29,997 nt of DNA from Chthoniobacterales bacterium (GCA_038207335.1 JBBQZX010000040.1:1-29997), one strand, 5' to 3'; counted from the stretch's first letter, positions 8,877 through 16,626 are shown. A program made the numbers and translations. The notes: a model not told the origin generated them from the letters alone.

Positions 8877-9215
8877 CGGCGAGAGCTGCTTGAAGCCGGT
8901 CATCGTCACGAGAAAATTCAGCACGTAACAAATCGCAATCGCGCCGAGATAACGTGCCAGGCAGTGCCTCCAGTCGGCGGTGGTGCGAAAGTTCAGCAGA
9001 TAATTCCAGACGGAAAACACGATCGTGACGACCGTGAGGCTGAGCGCGTAGCTGCTCCGATCGGTCCAGTGCCACACGTTGTTCGTGAGGTGGAAAATTC
9101 CCGCATTGATCGCAACGCTGATACAGCCGCCGACGCCAAACCAAAAGATGCGCGAGACGACTGTCTGTTTCGCGCTAACCGCCGTTTCCGACGAGTCAAC
9201 CGCGCCGCCGTTCAC
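8757..9215 (-). CDS. GtrA family 4-TM lipid-linked sugar translocase
   Basis: 152 aa with four hydrophobic segments: FWFGVGG..SVAIN, FSVWNYLLNF, LARYL and KFLLYHFWVY, matching the GtrA pattern. GTG start overlaps the upstream stop (GTGA 9215-9212). Confidence 0.75.
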   Translation of the reverse strand: MNGGAVDSSETAVSAKQTVVSRIFWFGVGGCISVAINAGIFHLTNNVWHWTDRSSYALSLTVVTIVFSVWNYLLNFRTTADWRHCLARYLGAIAICYVLNFLVTMTGFKQLSPSQMMKYGIIATVQVGMSGLKFLLYHFWVYPRGQEPEREV

Positions 9216-9760
9216 GCTGCTTTTGCCAGAGATTTGTGCCCCAGCATCCGCAGTGTCTGCTCGATTTGCGGGAGTTGGAGCGGCTTTTTCAAGACGGTCA
9301 CCGGCCCGAATTTCAAAATGTTGTCCAGCATCTGGCTGTCCGGGAAGCCAGTGATGATCACGATCGGCAGTTCGGGATGGTCCTTTTTCGCGACCGCGTA
9401 AATCTCGTCGCCCGTGATGTCCGGGAGCTGCAGATCGAGAAAACAGAGGTCGAATTTTTGCTTCGCCAGCGCAGCGAGCGCCTCCTTGCCGGTGCCGACG
9501 ACAATACGGCTGAAGCCCGCCTTTTTCAGGAACAACTTGAATAGCGACTGGATCGTCTCGTCGTCATCCACAACGAGCACGGTGGGCTGTCCCTGATCCT
9601 CCGCGTGCAGCACGTCACGATCGAGCACGTCCTTTTTCACGCGCCACCGTCCGCCGATTTGCACGGCTGGCAATTGTCCGCGCTGCACGAGGTAATAAAC
9701 CGTCGGTAGCGGGATGCGGAGATACTCAGCAGTCTCTTTGACGGTCATCAGGTTGTGCAT
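9212..9760 (-). CDS. Response regulator with N-terminal excisionase-like HTH (HTH_17) and C-terminal receiver domain
   Basis: LMTVKETAEYLRIPLPTVYYLVQRGQLPAVQIGGRWR is HTH_17. VLVVDDD, FLDLQLPD, IITG and KKP show an intact REC domain. Confidence 0.9.
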   Translation of the reverse strand: MHNLMTVKETAEYLRIPLPTVYYLVQRGQLPAVQIGGRWRVKKDVLDRDVLHAEDQGQPTVLVVDDDETIQSLFKLFLKKAGFSRIVVGTGKEALAALAKQKFDLCFLDLQLPDITGDEIYAVAKKDHPELPIVIITGFPDSQMLDNILKFGPVTVLKKPLQLPQIEQTLRMLGHKSLAKAA

Positions 9761-9915
9761 GGCGGCGGGAGTGGAGCACTAATTGCCATAAATACCAATG
9801 CATTTCGGTGGGGAATGTTGCAATCGATCCGTGTCCGACCCCGAGCAGAAGATCCGGCTCTCGACAATCCCCTCGACACGTCTAATGTCCCGCCTTCTTT
9901 GCCCGGAACCCAACA

Positions 9916-10536
9916 ATGAGCGCACTCTTCCTGAAACGATTTCTCCAACGTCCGATGCAAGTGGCCTCGATCATCCCGAGCTCGAAAGCGCTCATCCGAA
10001 AAGTCTCCGGCAAGATCGATTTCACCAAAGCTCGAGTCATCGCCGAATATGGTCCGGGCGAGGGCTGCCACACGCGCGAGATATTGCGCCAGATGCGGCC
10101 TGATTCGCATCTGCTGCTTTTTGAATTGGATGGAGAACTCGCGCAGCATCTCACCGCGCAGTTCCACGACGACCCGCGTGTCATCGTACTGAATTCCGAC
10201 GCCGCCGATCTTCCTGCGGCGCTGCTCCGGTGCGGCCTCGAACACTGCGACTACATCGTTTCGGGCATTCCGTTCAGCATCCTCGAAAGCCAGAAAAAGC
10301 GCGAACTCCTGCAGGCGACATTCGATGCGCTCAGACCGGAATATCACGCCGCGTTCGTGATCTATCAGGTCACCAATGAACTCGTCGGCCACTGCCGCCA
10401 TTTCTCCCGCGTGGAGAGCGAGTGGTGCGTGCAAAACATCCCGCCGATGTTCGTCACGAAATTTTACCGCACTGCAAACGGCGTTCCGGTGAACGGAAAA
10501 AGCGCGCATGCGGTAAACGGCCACGTGGCTCGCTGA
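9916..10536 (+). CDS. Class I SAM-dependent methyltransferase, phospholipid N-methyltransferase (PmtA/OlsG-like) family
   Basis: FLKRFLQRPMQVASIIPSS, SAM-binding EYGPGEG and IVSGIPF, a pattern of the rhizobial PmtA-type family. Confidence 0.75.
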   Translation: MSALFLKRFLQRPMQVASIIPSSKALIRKVSGKIDFTKARVIAEYGPGEGCHTREILRQMRPDSHLLLFELDGELAQHLTAQFHDDPRVIVLNSDAADLPAALLRCGLEHCDYIVSGIPFSILESQKKRELLQATFDALRPEYHAAFVIYQVTNELVGHCRHFSRVESEWCVQNIPPMFVTKFYRTANGVPVNGKSAHAVNGHVAR

Positions 10537-10543
10537 CGCTTGA

Positions 10544-10580
10544 TTTTCATCTTTCCCCTCCGCCGAGGAGGAAGAGGAAG
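10544..10580. terminator. Imperfect hairpin downstream of the methyltransferase gene
   Basis: TTTTCATCTTTCCCCTC-CGCC-GAGGAGGAAGAGGAAG pairs with two mismatches and G-U pairs. No U-tract follows. Confidence 0.2.
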
Positions 10581-10601
10581 TCGCTGAATTCACTGAGCGC
10601 T

Positions 10602-10630
10602 TTCAATTTTCAACGGCTTCCGGTCATGCT
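10602..10630 (+). promoter_or_regulatory. Putative promoter for fumC, possibly leaderless
   Basis: TTCAAT-N17-CATGCT, then 5 nt to ATG 10636. No Shine-Dalgarno motif. Confidence 0.35.
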
Positions 10631-10635
10631 GTGGC

Positions 10636-12048
10636 ATGTCCCCTACCCGCACTGAAAAAGATTCCATGGGCGCGATGGAGGTGCCCGAAACAGCTCTCTA
10701 CGGCGCCTCCACCCAACGCGCCGTCCTCAACTTTCCCATCAGCCAGCAGCGGTTTGGGCGCGAATTCATCCGCGCGCTCGGCCTGGTCAAATGGGCCGCC
10801 GCCGAGGCAAATCTCGAACTCGGCAAACTCGACGAGCACCGCACCACGCTCATCGCGAAAGCTGCGCGCGAGGTCATCGACGGCCAGCTAGACGAGCACT
10901 TTCCGCTCGATATTTACCAGACCGGCTCTGGCACCTCGACGAACATGAACGTCAACGAGGTCATCGCGAATCGCTGCTCGCAAATCGAGGGCAAGCCGAT
11001 CGGATCGAAAGACCCCGTCCACCCGAACGACCATGTCAACATGGGCCAGTCGAGTAACGACGTGATCCCGACCGCGATCCACGTCGCCGTCGGCGAGCGG
11101 CTCCGCAAATATCTGCAGCCCGCGCTCGAGCAACTCCACGGCGCGTTTGAAAAGAAGAAGCTCGAGTTTTGGAACGTCATCAAAATCGGCCGCACTCATC
11201 TCATGGATGCCACGCCCGTGCGGCTCGGGCAGGAGTTCGGCGGCTACGCGCGGCAGTTGGAATTGGCGCGGCTCCGCGCGGGCAACGCCATCGCCGCGAT
11301 CGAGGAACTCCCGCTCGGCGGCACCGCCGTCGGCACCGGGCTGAACTGCCATCCCGACTTCGCGGGCATCGTCATCCGGCATCTCGAAAATCAAACCGGC
11401 ATCGCATGGCGAGAGGCGCGAAATCACTTCGAGGCGCAGTCCGCGAAAGACGGGCTCGTGCAGGCCAGCGGGCAATTGAAAACCATCGCGGTCAGCCTTT
11501 TCAAAATCGCCAACGACATCCGCTGGCTCGGCAGCGGCCCGCGCTGCGGCATCGGCGAGATCCTGCTCCCCGAGACGCAGCCCGGCAGCTCCATCATGCC
11601 GGGAAAAGTGAACCCCGTCATGTGCGAGGCCGTCATGCAAGTCTGCGCGCGCGTCATCGGCAACGACTCGACCGTCACTTGGGCCGCGGCGAACGGGAAC
11701 TTCGAGCTGAACGTCATGATGCCCGTCCTTGCGCACTCGCTCCTCGAGTCCGTTCGGCTGCTTGCGAATGTCGCAGACGTCTTCCGCGAAAAGTGCGTCC
11801 AGGGAATCAAAGCCAACACCGACCGCTGCGCCGAACTCGTCGAATACAGCATGGCCATGGTCACCAGCCTCGCGCCGATCATCGGCTACGACCGTGCCGC
11901 CGAGATCGCGAAAGAGAGCGCAAAAACCGGCCGCACAGTGCGCGAGATTTGCATCGAAAAACAAGTCCTCCCCGAAGCCGAACTCGCCCGCGCCCTCGAC
12001 CCCTTCGAAATGACCAAGCCCGGCGGCGAAGGTGCGGCGGGGGGGTGA
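10636..12048 (+). CDS. fumC: Class II fumarate hydratase
   Basis: RTEKDSMG, QTGSGTSTNMN, HPNDHVNMGQSSND, KIGRTHLMDA and the signature GSSIMPGKVNP. Confidence 0.95.
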   Translation: MSPTRTEKDSMGAMEVPETALYGASTQRAVLNFPISQQRFGREFIRALGLVKWAAAEANLELGKLDEHRTTLIAKAAREVIDGQLDEHFPLDIYQTGSGTSTNMNVNEVIANRCSQIEGKPIGSKDPVHPNDHVNMGQSSNDVIPTAIHVAVGERLRKYLQPALEQLHGAFEKKKLEFWNVIKIGRTHLMDATPVRLGQEFGGYARQLELARLRAGNAIAAIEELPLGGTAVGTGLNCHPDFAGIVIRHLENQTGIAWREARNHFEAQSAKDGLVQASGQLKTIAVSLFKIANDIRWLGSGPRCGIGEILLPETQPGSSIMPGKVNPVMCEAVMQVCARVIGNDSTVTWAAANGNFELNVMMPVLAHSLLESVRLLANVADVFREKCVQGIKANTDRCAELVEYSMAMVTSLAPIIGYDRAAEIAKESAKTGRTVREICIEKQVLPEAELARALDPFEMTKPGGEGAAGG

Positions 12049-12065
12049 AGATTTATGTTCGGCGT

Positions 12066-12245
12066 TTGAAGCTGATCTTCTCGATTTTGCTATCACTGAC
12101 CGGTATTTGCACCGCACCGGAAATCGCGAAGATTCCGTAACCCAAATCGATTCGCGAGTTTCTGACGGGTGAGCCGGACGTCTATCTGTTCTTTCTGTGT
12201 CCTCCAGCGATCCAACGATCATGGAACTACTCGCGAAGAATGTGA
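12066..12245 (+). pseudogene. Remnant of a small secreted-protein gene (probable cassette remnant 1)
   Basis: GTTCGGC (12057-12063) is followed by TTG 12066: MKLIFSILLSLTGICTAPEIAKIP*PKSIREFLTGEPDVYLFFLCP...*. Signal-peptide-like N-terminus, in-frame TAA 12138 and TGA 12243, visibly lower GC. Confidence 0.4.
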
Positions 12246-12791
12246 CATGACGATGAGTCCAAGCAGCATCTCACCACCGCGCTCCTCGCCACCGCCCTGC
12301 GCGGCATCTCCCACTACTTCCAAGTCCTCGACCTCGCCATCGAACGCGGCTTCTGGCCCCCCTCCGTCCGGGACTACTACCACCGCGACCCCGGCAACCC
12401 CGACCTGCCCACCCTGCGTTCCTACGACGACGCCCTCGAGTGGGGCCAGAAAATCGTGATCGGCGAAGCCAGCCGCGTCGCCGACGACGGCGCCCCCATG
12501 GCCATGCCATGCGCCGGTGAAGTCAACCAAGCCCACTACAACCTCATGGGCTCCCTCGGCCCCCACACCACCTACAAAGACGCCCTCAGCAGCGCCCAGC
12601 AAGCCGCCGAAACCCTCCTCCCCGGCCCCACCGGCATCGAGAAAATCATCCTCGACCTCTACAACGACGCCGAAAACCACTACCGCGACCTCCCCCCCGC
12701 CACCCGCCGCGACAAATGCCGTGAATGGGGCCTCCAATACGCCGACCACCCCGAGAAAGAAGAACAACCCCCAACCCCACCCACCCCGTAA
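12246..12791 (+). pseudogene. 5'-truncated conserved hypothetical gene
   Basis: The frame is open from 12246 with strongly C-ending codons from about 12261: ...LRGISHYFQVLDLAIERG...LPTLRSYDDALEWGQKIVIGEASRVADDGAPMAMP...RRDKCREWGLQY...PPTPPTP*. There is no ATG, GTG or TTG before 12456. From memory it resembles the C-terminal two-thirds of a Bacteroidota hypothetical family (unverified). Confidence 0.6.
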
Positions 12792-12822
12792 CCCCCGCCT
12801 ATTTCATGTTAGGCCCCTCCCA

Positions 12823-13329
12823 ATGCGCTCCCTGATTTTCCTCGCCAGCGTCCTCAGCTTAGTTGCGAGCGCCAGAGCTCTGAGGAACCAAAGCCGCAGG
12901 TGCTCACGTTCCCCGTGAATCGCGAGCCGGTCGATGTCGATAATTCGTTCGCCAATCTCAACCCGTTTTACAAGCAACGCGCCGGAGCGTTCTACGATAC
13001 CAAATACGTCTTCTACTCAGCGGCCCAGCTATTCGATCGCGCACGTATTCGACCCGAACAGATGATTGGCACACTCGATAGTATGCGAGCGTTTGTCTTC
13101 GATTTCCTTGATTACTACGTCCGCTGAGACGGCAAGATCACTGAAGCCCAACGACGAGAACGCGTGACCCGAATGGATGGAAGGTTCAGACCTTGCTCGA
13201 CGAAATCCAATTCAAAGTTTACCAGATTTGGCGAGACGAGACCTCCGGCAAAGCAACACCCTGGCCTTCCTGATTCAGCCACCGCCCGAAAAACCTCGGG
13301 CCACTGATCCAACTGAGAACGCAAAATGA
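12823..13329 (+). pseudogene. Secreted hypothetical protein pseudogene (cassette ORF)
   Basis: Reconstruction: MRSLIFLASVLSLVASARA / frameshift near 12880 / EEPKPQVLTFPVNREP...FLDYYVR *TGA 13125* DGKITEAQRRERVTRMDGRF / frameshift near 13187 / QTLLDEIQFKVYQIWRDETSG / frameshift near 13251 / SNTLAFLIQPPPEKPRATDPTENAK*. The two later junctions are inferred. Confidence 0.6.
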
Positions 13330-13333
13330 CGGG

Positions 13334-13395
13334 GACCAACCATGCGCTGCAGGCACCTACTCCGGGCGTCACGCGCGCTGCCTCCGCGGCCGCCT
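13334..13395 (+). repeat. Partial attC site (R'' and left arm)
   Basis: GACCAAC-CATGCGCTGCAG-GCACCTACTCCGGGCGTCACGCGCGCTGCCTCCGCGGCCGCCT matches the remembered long PVC-type attC start (AACCATGCGCTGCAG...CCCGGCGTCACG...GCTGC.TCC). No intact right arm or GTTRRRY follows. Confidence 0.55.
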
Positions 13396-13451
13396 GAGGG
13401 GAAAGACGGTTCTTGGTTGGCGGGGAGCTGGGTTTTGCGAGATTGGGAGGC

Positions 13452-14720
13452 ATGAATGTTTCCCTCGCGTATGGACGCGGCCATCTTCACCTCGACCTTC
13501 CCGACGAACGGACGACGGTCATTGAGCCTTCCGAGCAGCCGGGAGTCGGCGACGAACGCGCGGCCATCCTCGCGGCTCTCGCGGAGCCCATCGGCGCGCC
13601 GCCTCTCGCCACCCTCATCACGGCACGGGCGAAGATTTGCATCGTCCACACGGACATCACCCGCGCCACCCCCAATGACCGGATCATCCCGTGGCTGCTC
13701 GATTTTCTCGAGAAGAGCGGCGCATCGAGGGAGAACATCACGCTTCTCAATGGCCTCGGCACCCATCGACCCAATACCACCGCCGAGCTCGAGCAAATGC
13801 TCACGCCGAAGGTCGTCGCGAACTTTCGCTGCCTGAACCACGAGCCGGAAAACGAGGACGCGCACATCGCGCTCGGGCTCACCGCCACCGGCACGCCGGC
13901 GCTCATCAACCGGCACTTCGTCGAGGCCGATGTGCGCATCGTGACCGGCTTCATCGAGCCGCACTTTTTCGCCGGATTCAGCGGCGGGCCGAAGGGCATC
14001 ATGCCGGGCATCGCCGCGCTCTCCACCGTGATGAGCAACCACGGCGCGCACAATATCGGCAGCCCGCGCGCGGCATTTGGCATCACCGAGGGCAATCCCA
14101 TCTGGGAGGAAATGCGCGACATCGCGCTGCGGGCGGGGCCGAGCTTTCTGCTGAATGTTGCCTTGAATGACCGGCGGGAAATCACCGGCGTCTTTGCGGG
14201 CGGCCTGCTCGCGGCGCACCGCGTCGGCATCGAGTTCGTCCGCGCTAGCGCCATGCAGCCGGTCACCGCGGCCTTCGACATCGTGCTCACAACCAACAGC
14301 GGATACCCGCTCGACATGAACCTCTACCAAGGCGTGAAAGGCATCGCAGCCGCGGCCCGCATCGTGCGCGACGGCGGCACGATCATCCTCGCCGCCGAGT
14401 GCTCGGAGGGCATCCCCACCGGAAGTCCGCACGAGCGGCTGCTCCACAGCGTTTCCGACGGCGAGGCGCTTTTGGAAAAGCTCGCCCAGCCGGGATTCGT
14501 CCACGCCGAGCAATGGCAGGGGCAGATTCAGTCGTTGATCCAGCGACGGGCGGAGGTGCATCTGCACAGCGCGCTGCCGGAAGGCGAGGTACGGGCGGCG
14601 CATCTGATTCCGTGCGCCGAAATCTCCGCCTTGATTTTGAAAAAGCTGGCGGCACTGGGGCCAGACGCTCGCGTAGCGGTGCTTCCCCAAGGGCCGCTGA
14701 CGATCCCTTATCTCGCGTAG
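13452..14720 (+). CDS. larA: Nickel-pincer-nucleotide-dependent lactate racemase family protein, 422 aa
   Basis: ATG 13452 (MNVSLAYGRG). Motifs DITR, GLGTHR, NHE, IEPHFFAGFSGGPK, NH, GYPLDMNLYQGVKG and AECSEG carry the catalytic His pair and cofactor-binding Lys. Confidence 0.9.
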   Translation: MNVSLAYGRGHLHLDLPDERTTVIEPSEQPGVGDERAAILAALAEPIGAPPLATLITARAKICIVHTDITRATPNDRIIPWLLDFLEKSGASRENITLLNGLGTHRPNTTAELEQMLTPKVVANFRCLNHEPENEDAHIALGLTATGTPALINRHFVEADVRIVTGFIEPHFFAGFSGGPKGIMPGIAALSTVMSNHGAHNIGSPRAAFGITEGNPIWEEMRDIALRAGPSFLLNVALNDRREITGVFAGGLLAAHRVGIEFVRASAMQPVTAAFDIVLTTNSGYPLDMNLYQGVKGIAAAARIVRDGGTIILAAECSEGIPTGSPHERLLHSVSDGEALLEKLAQPGFVHAEQWQGQIQSLIQRRAEVHLHSALPEGEVRAAHLIPCAEISALILKKLAALGPDARVAVLPQGPLTIPYLA

Positions 14721-14746
14721 AGCGCGGAGGGCGAAAGAGCGGCGGC

Positions 14747-15709
14747 TTATTTGCCGGCGGCGAATTCGCCCATGGCGCGGAATTTCGCGTAGCGCTGGGC
14801 GAGGAGTTTTTCGACGGGGAGCTTGGTGAGTTCGTCGAGGTTTCGCTGGACCGCGGTGGCGAGATTCTGGATGGCGGCGGCGTGATCCTGGTGCGCGCCG
14901 CCGAGTGGTTCGGGGATGACTTCGTCGATGACTCGAAGATCGAGGAGGTCGCGGGCCGTGAGCTTGAGTGCGGCTGCAGCCTCGGGCGCGTGCTTGCGAT
15001 GTTTCCACAAAATCGCGGCGCACCCCTCGGGGCTGATGACGGAATAGTATGAATTCTCCAGCATGAGGACGCGGTCGGCGACGCCGATGCCGAGTGCGCC
15101 GCCGGAGCCGCCTTCGCCGATGACTACCGAGACGATTGGCGTCTTGAGCACCATCATTTCGCGGAGATTCACCGCGATGGCCTCGGAGATGTGGCGCTCC
15201 TCGGAGCCGATGCCGGGATAGGCGCCGGGCGTGTCGATGAGCGCGACGAATGGCAGCGAGAATTTCTCCGCCATGCGCATGAGCCGCAGCGCCTTGCGGT
15301 AGCCCTCAGGGTTTGCGCAACCGAAGTTGCGCTTGATGTTCTCCTTGAGCTCGCGCCCTTTCTGGTGGCCGATGACGACGCACTTTCGCCCGTCGATGGT
15401 GGCGAGGCCGCCGGGCATTGCGCGGTCTTCGGCGTAAAGGCGGTCACCGTGCAGCTCGATAAAATGTGAGAAGGAAAGCTGGAAGTAATCGAGCGTGTAG
15501 GGCCGCGCGGGGTGCCGGGCAATTTGCACGCGCTCCCACGGCGTGAGGTTCTGGTAAATCTGCCGCTTGGTCTTCTCGATTTTGCCCTCCATGTCGCGCA
15601 CCTCTTTGTCAAAATCGACATCCGTGGCGTACGAATGTTTTTTGAGATCGGCGAGTTTGGCCTCGAGCTCGACGATCGGTTTCTCAAATTCCAGCGGCGT
15701 CTGTTTCAT
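14747..15709 (-). CDS. accA: Acetyl-CoA carboxylase carboxyltransferase alpha subunit
   Basis: LEFEKPI, ARHPARP, ELHGDR, IDTPGAYPG, GEGGSGGALG and YSVISPEGCA. Confidence 0.97.
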   Translation of the reverse strand: MKQTPLEFEKPIVELEAKLADLKKHSYATDVDFDKEVRDMEGKIEKTKRQIYQNLTPWERVQIARHPARPYTLDYFQLSFSHFIELHGDRLYAEDRAMPGGLATIDGRKCVVIGHQKGRELKENIKRNFGCANPEGYRKALRLMRMAEKFSLPFVALIDTPGAYPGIGSEERHISEAIAVNLREMMVLKTPIVSVVIGEGGSGGALGIGVADRVLMLENSYYSVISPEGCAAILWKHRKHAPEAAAALKLTARDLLDLRVIDEVIPEPLGGAHQDHAAAIQNLATAVQRNLDELTKLPVEKLLAQRYAKFRAMGEFAAGK

Positions 15710-15723
15710 CGGTGCGGTGGGAG

Positions 15724-16602
15724 CTACTGCTCGATCGTGGCGGGATCGCCTTTGCGGAGCAAGGCGGCGAGTTCCTCCATCGCATCGGGCGTGAGGCCTA
15801 TGCCGGTGGGCGGCTTGTGCGCGGTTTCTCCGCTGTCGGCATCGGGCTCGGAGTAGAGCGTATTTCCCGGCACGCTGAAGGCGATCCAGAAAGCCGTCGG
15901 CGCGTAATGTTTATCCGCGAATGTGACGCGCTCGCCTTTCGCGCTCCACGCGATGCGCTCGGTGACTTTGCCGGGGAGCTTTTGCACCGAGCCATGCGGC
16001 GTGGGCTTCGCGGGCTTTTTTCCAGCCACAGCTTTGTGCACGGGCAGCGAGCGGATCGGGTATTGCTTGAAATATCGGCCGTGGTTCAGCAGCACGACTT
16101 TCTTCGCGGGCTTGTTCACGATGACCGAAAAATCCCCGTTCGAGACAACGAGCTTTTGCCCGATACGCAGCATCGAAGCGGAGAGGTTGTTCGCCCGCAT
16201 GATGAGCTCCGGCGTGGTCTTGAGGCGGTTGGCGACTTTGGTGAGCACGTCACCGCTTTTCACGATGTACTCCTGTTTATCGGGCGCAGGAATGGGCGAG
16301 AGGAAGATGGAGGTATTGATCACGCCGAGACGGTCGCGGGCTTCCTCGAGCTTGGACGAATCGGGATTCGACGCGACGAATTGCGCGAACGCCGTCTGCG
16401 CTTCCGTGAGCTTGTGCTCTTTTTGCAGCGCGACGCACTTTTCAAAATCGGGCAGCGACGGGTCCGGCGGCGGCGGCTCCGGCGGCAGCATCGCCTCCTC
16501 TTTCAGCTCCTGATGCGGGCGCAAGAAGAGCTCGTAAGTCCAATACGCGCCGCCGCCGAAGACGCCGATGGCGATGAGGATGACGATGAAAACTTTGATC
16601 AC
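15724..16602 (-). CDS. Membrane-anchored LysM protein with a C-terminal YkuD/L,D-transpeptidase-like domain lacking catalytic residues
   Basis: N-terminal TM, Pro-rich linker, TPR-like helices, LysM (YIVKSGDVLTKVA...IMRANNL..LRIGQKLVV), then FSVIVNK...KQYPI...GIGLTPDAMEELAALLRKGDPATI. Confidence 0.75.
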   Translation of the reverse strand: MIKVFIVILIAIGVFGGGAYWTYELFLRPHQELKEEAMLPPEPPPPDPSLPDFEKCVALQKEHKLTEAQTAFAQFVASNPDSSKLEEARDRLGVINTSIFLSPIPAPDKQEYIVKSGDVLTKVANRLKTTPELIMRANNLSASMLRIGQKLVVSNGDFSVIVNKPAKKVVLLNHGRYFKQYPIRSLPVHKAVAGKKPAKPTPHGSVQKLPGKVTERIAWSAKGERVTFADKHYAPTAFWIAFSVPGNTLYSEPDADSGETAHKPPTGIGLTPDAMEELAALLRKGDPATIEQ

Positions 16603-16626
16603 GGCTCCGGCGGCGACGCGCCTTTT

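Larger units (their letters stand above)
12808..13395 (+). mobile_element. Decayed integron gene cassette
   Basis: Core site GTTAGGC (12808-12814, GTTRRRY) 8 nt before ATG 12823, a single lower-GC ORF, then an inverse-core-like GACCAAC 4 nt after the stop and the left arm of an attC. Confidence 0.6.

Noticed and set aside
9212..9760. Excisionase as evidence of a prophage or ICE
   Set aside because: The HTH_17 is fused to a REC domain, and there is no integrase, att-flanked tRNA or phage gene in the window.
9770..9800. sigma54 promoter-like TGGCA...TGC upstream of the regulator (minus strand)
   Set aside because: GG-to-GC spacing is 8 nt rather than the required 10.
12219..12767. 182-aa minus-strand Gly/Val-rich ORF
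   Set aside because: Reverse complement of the C-ending-codon plus-strand fragment. Its Gly/Val/Glu richness follows from that bias.
12138..13127. Stop-codon recoding (TGA read-through or selenocysteine) in the island
   Set aside because: The lesions include a TAA and several frameshifts, and neighbouring genes such as fumC and lnt end in TGA. Pseudogene decay is the simpler explanation.
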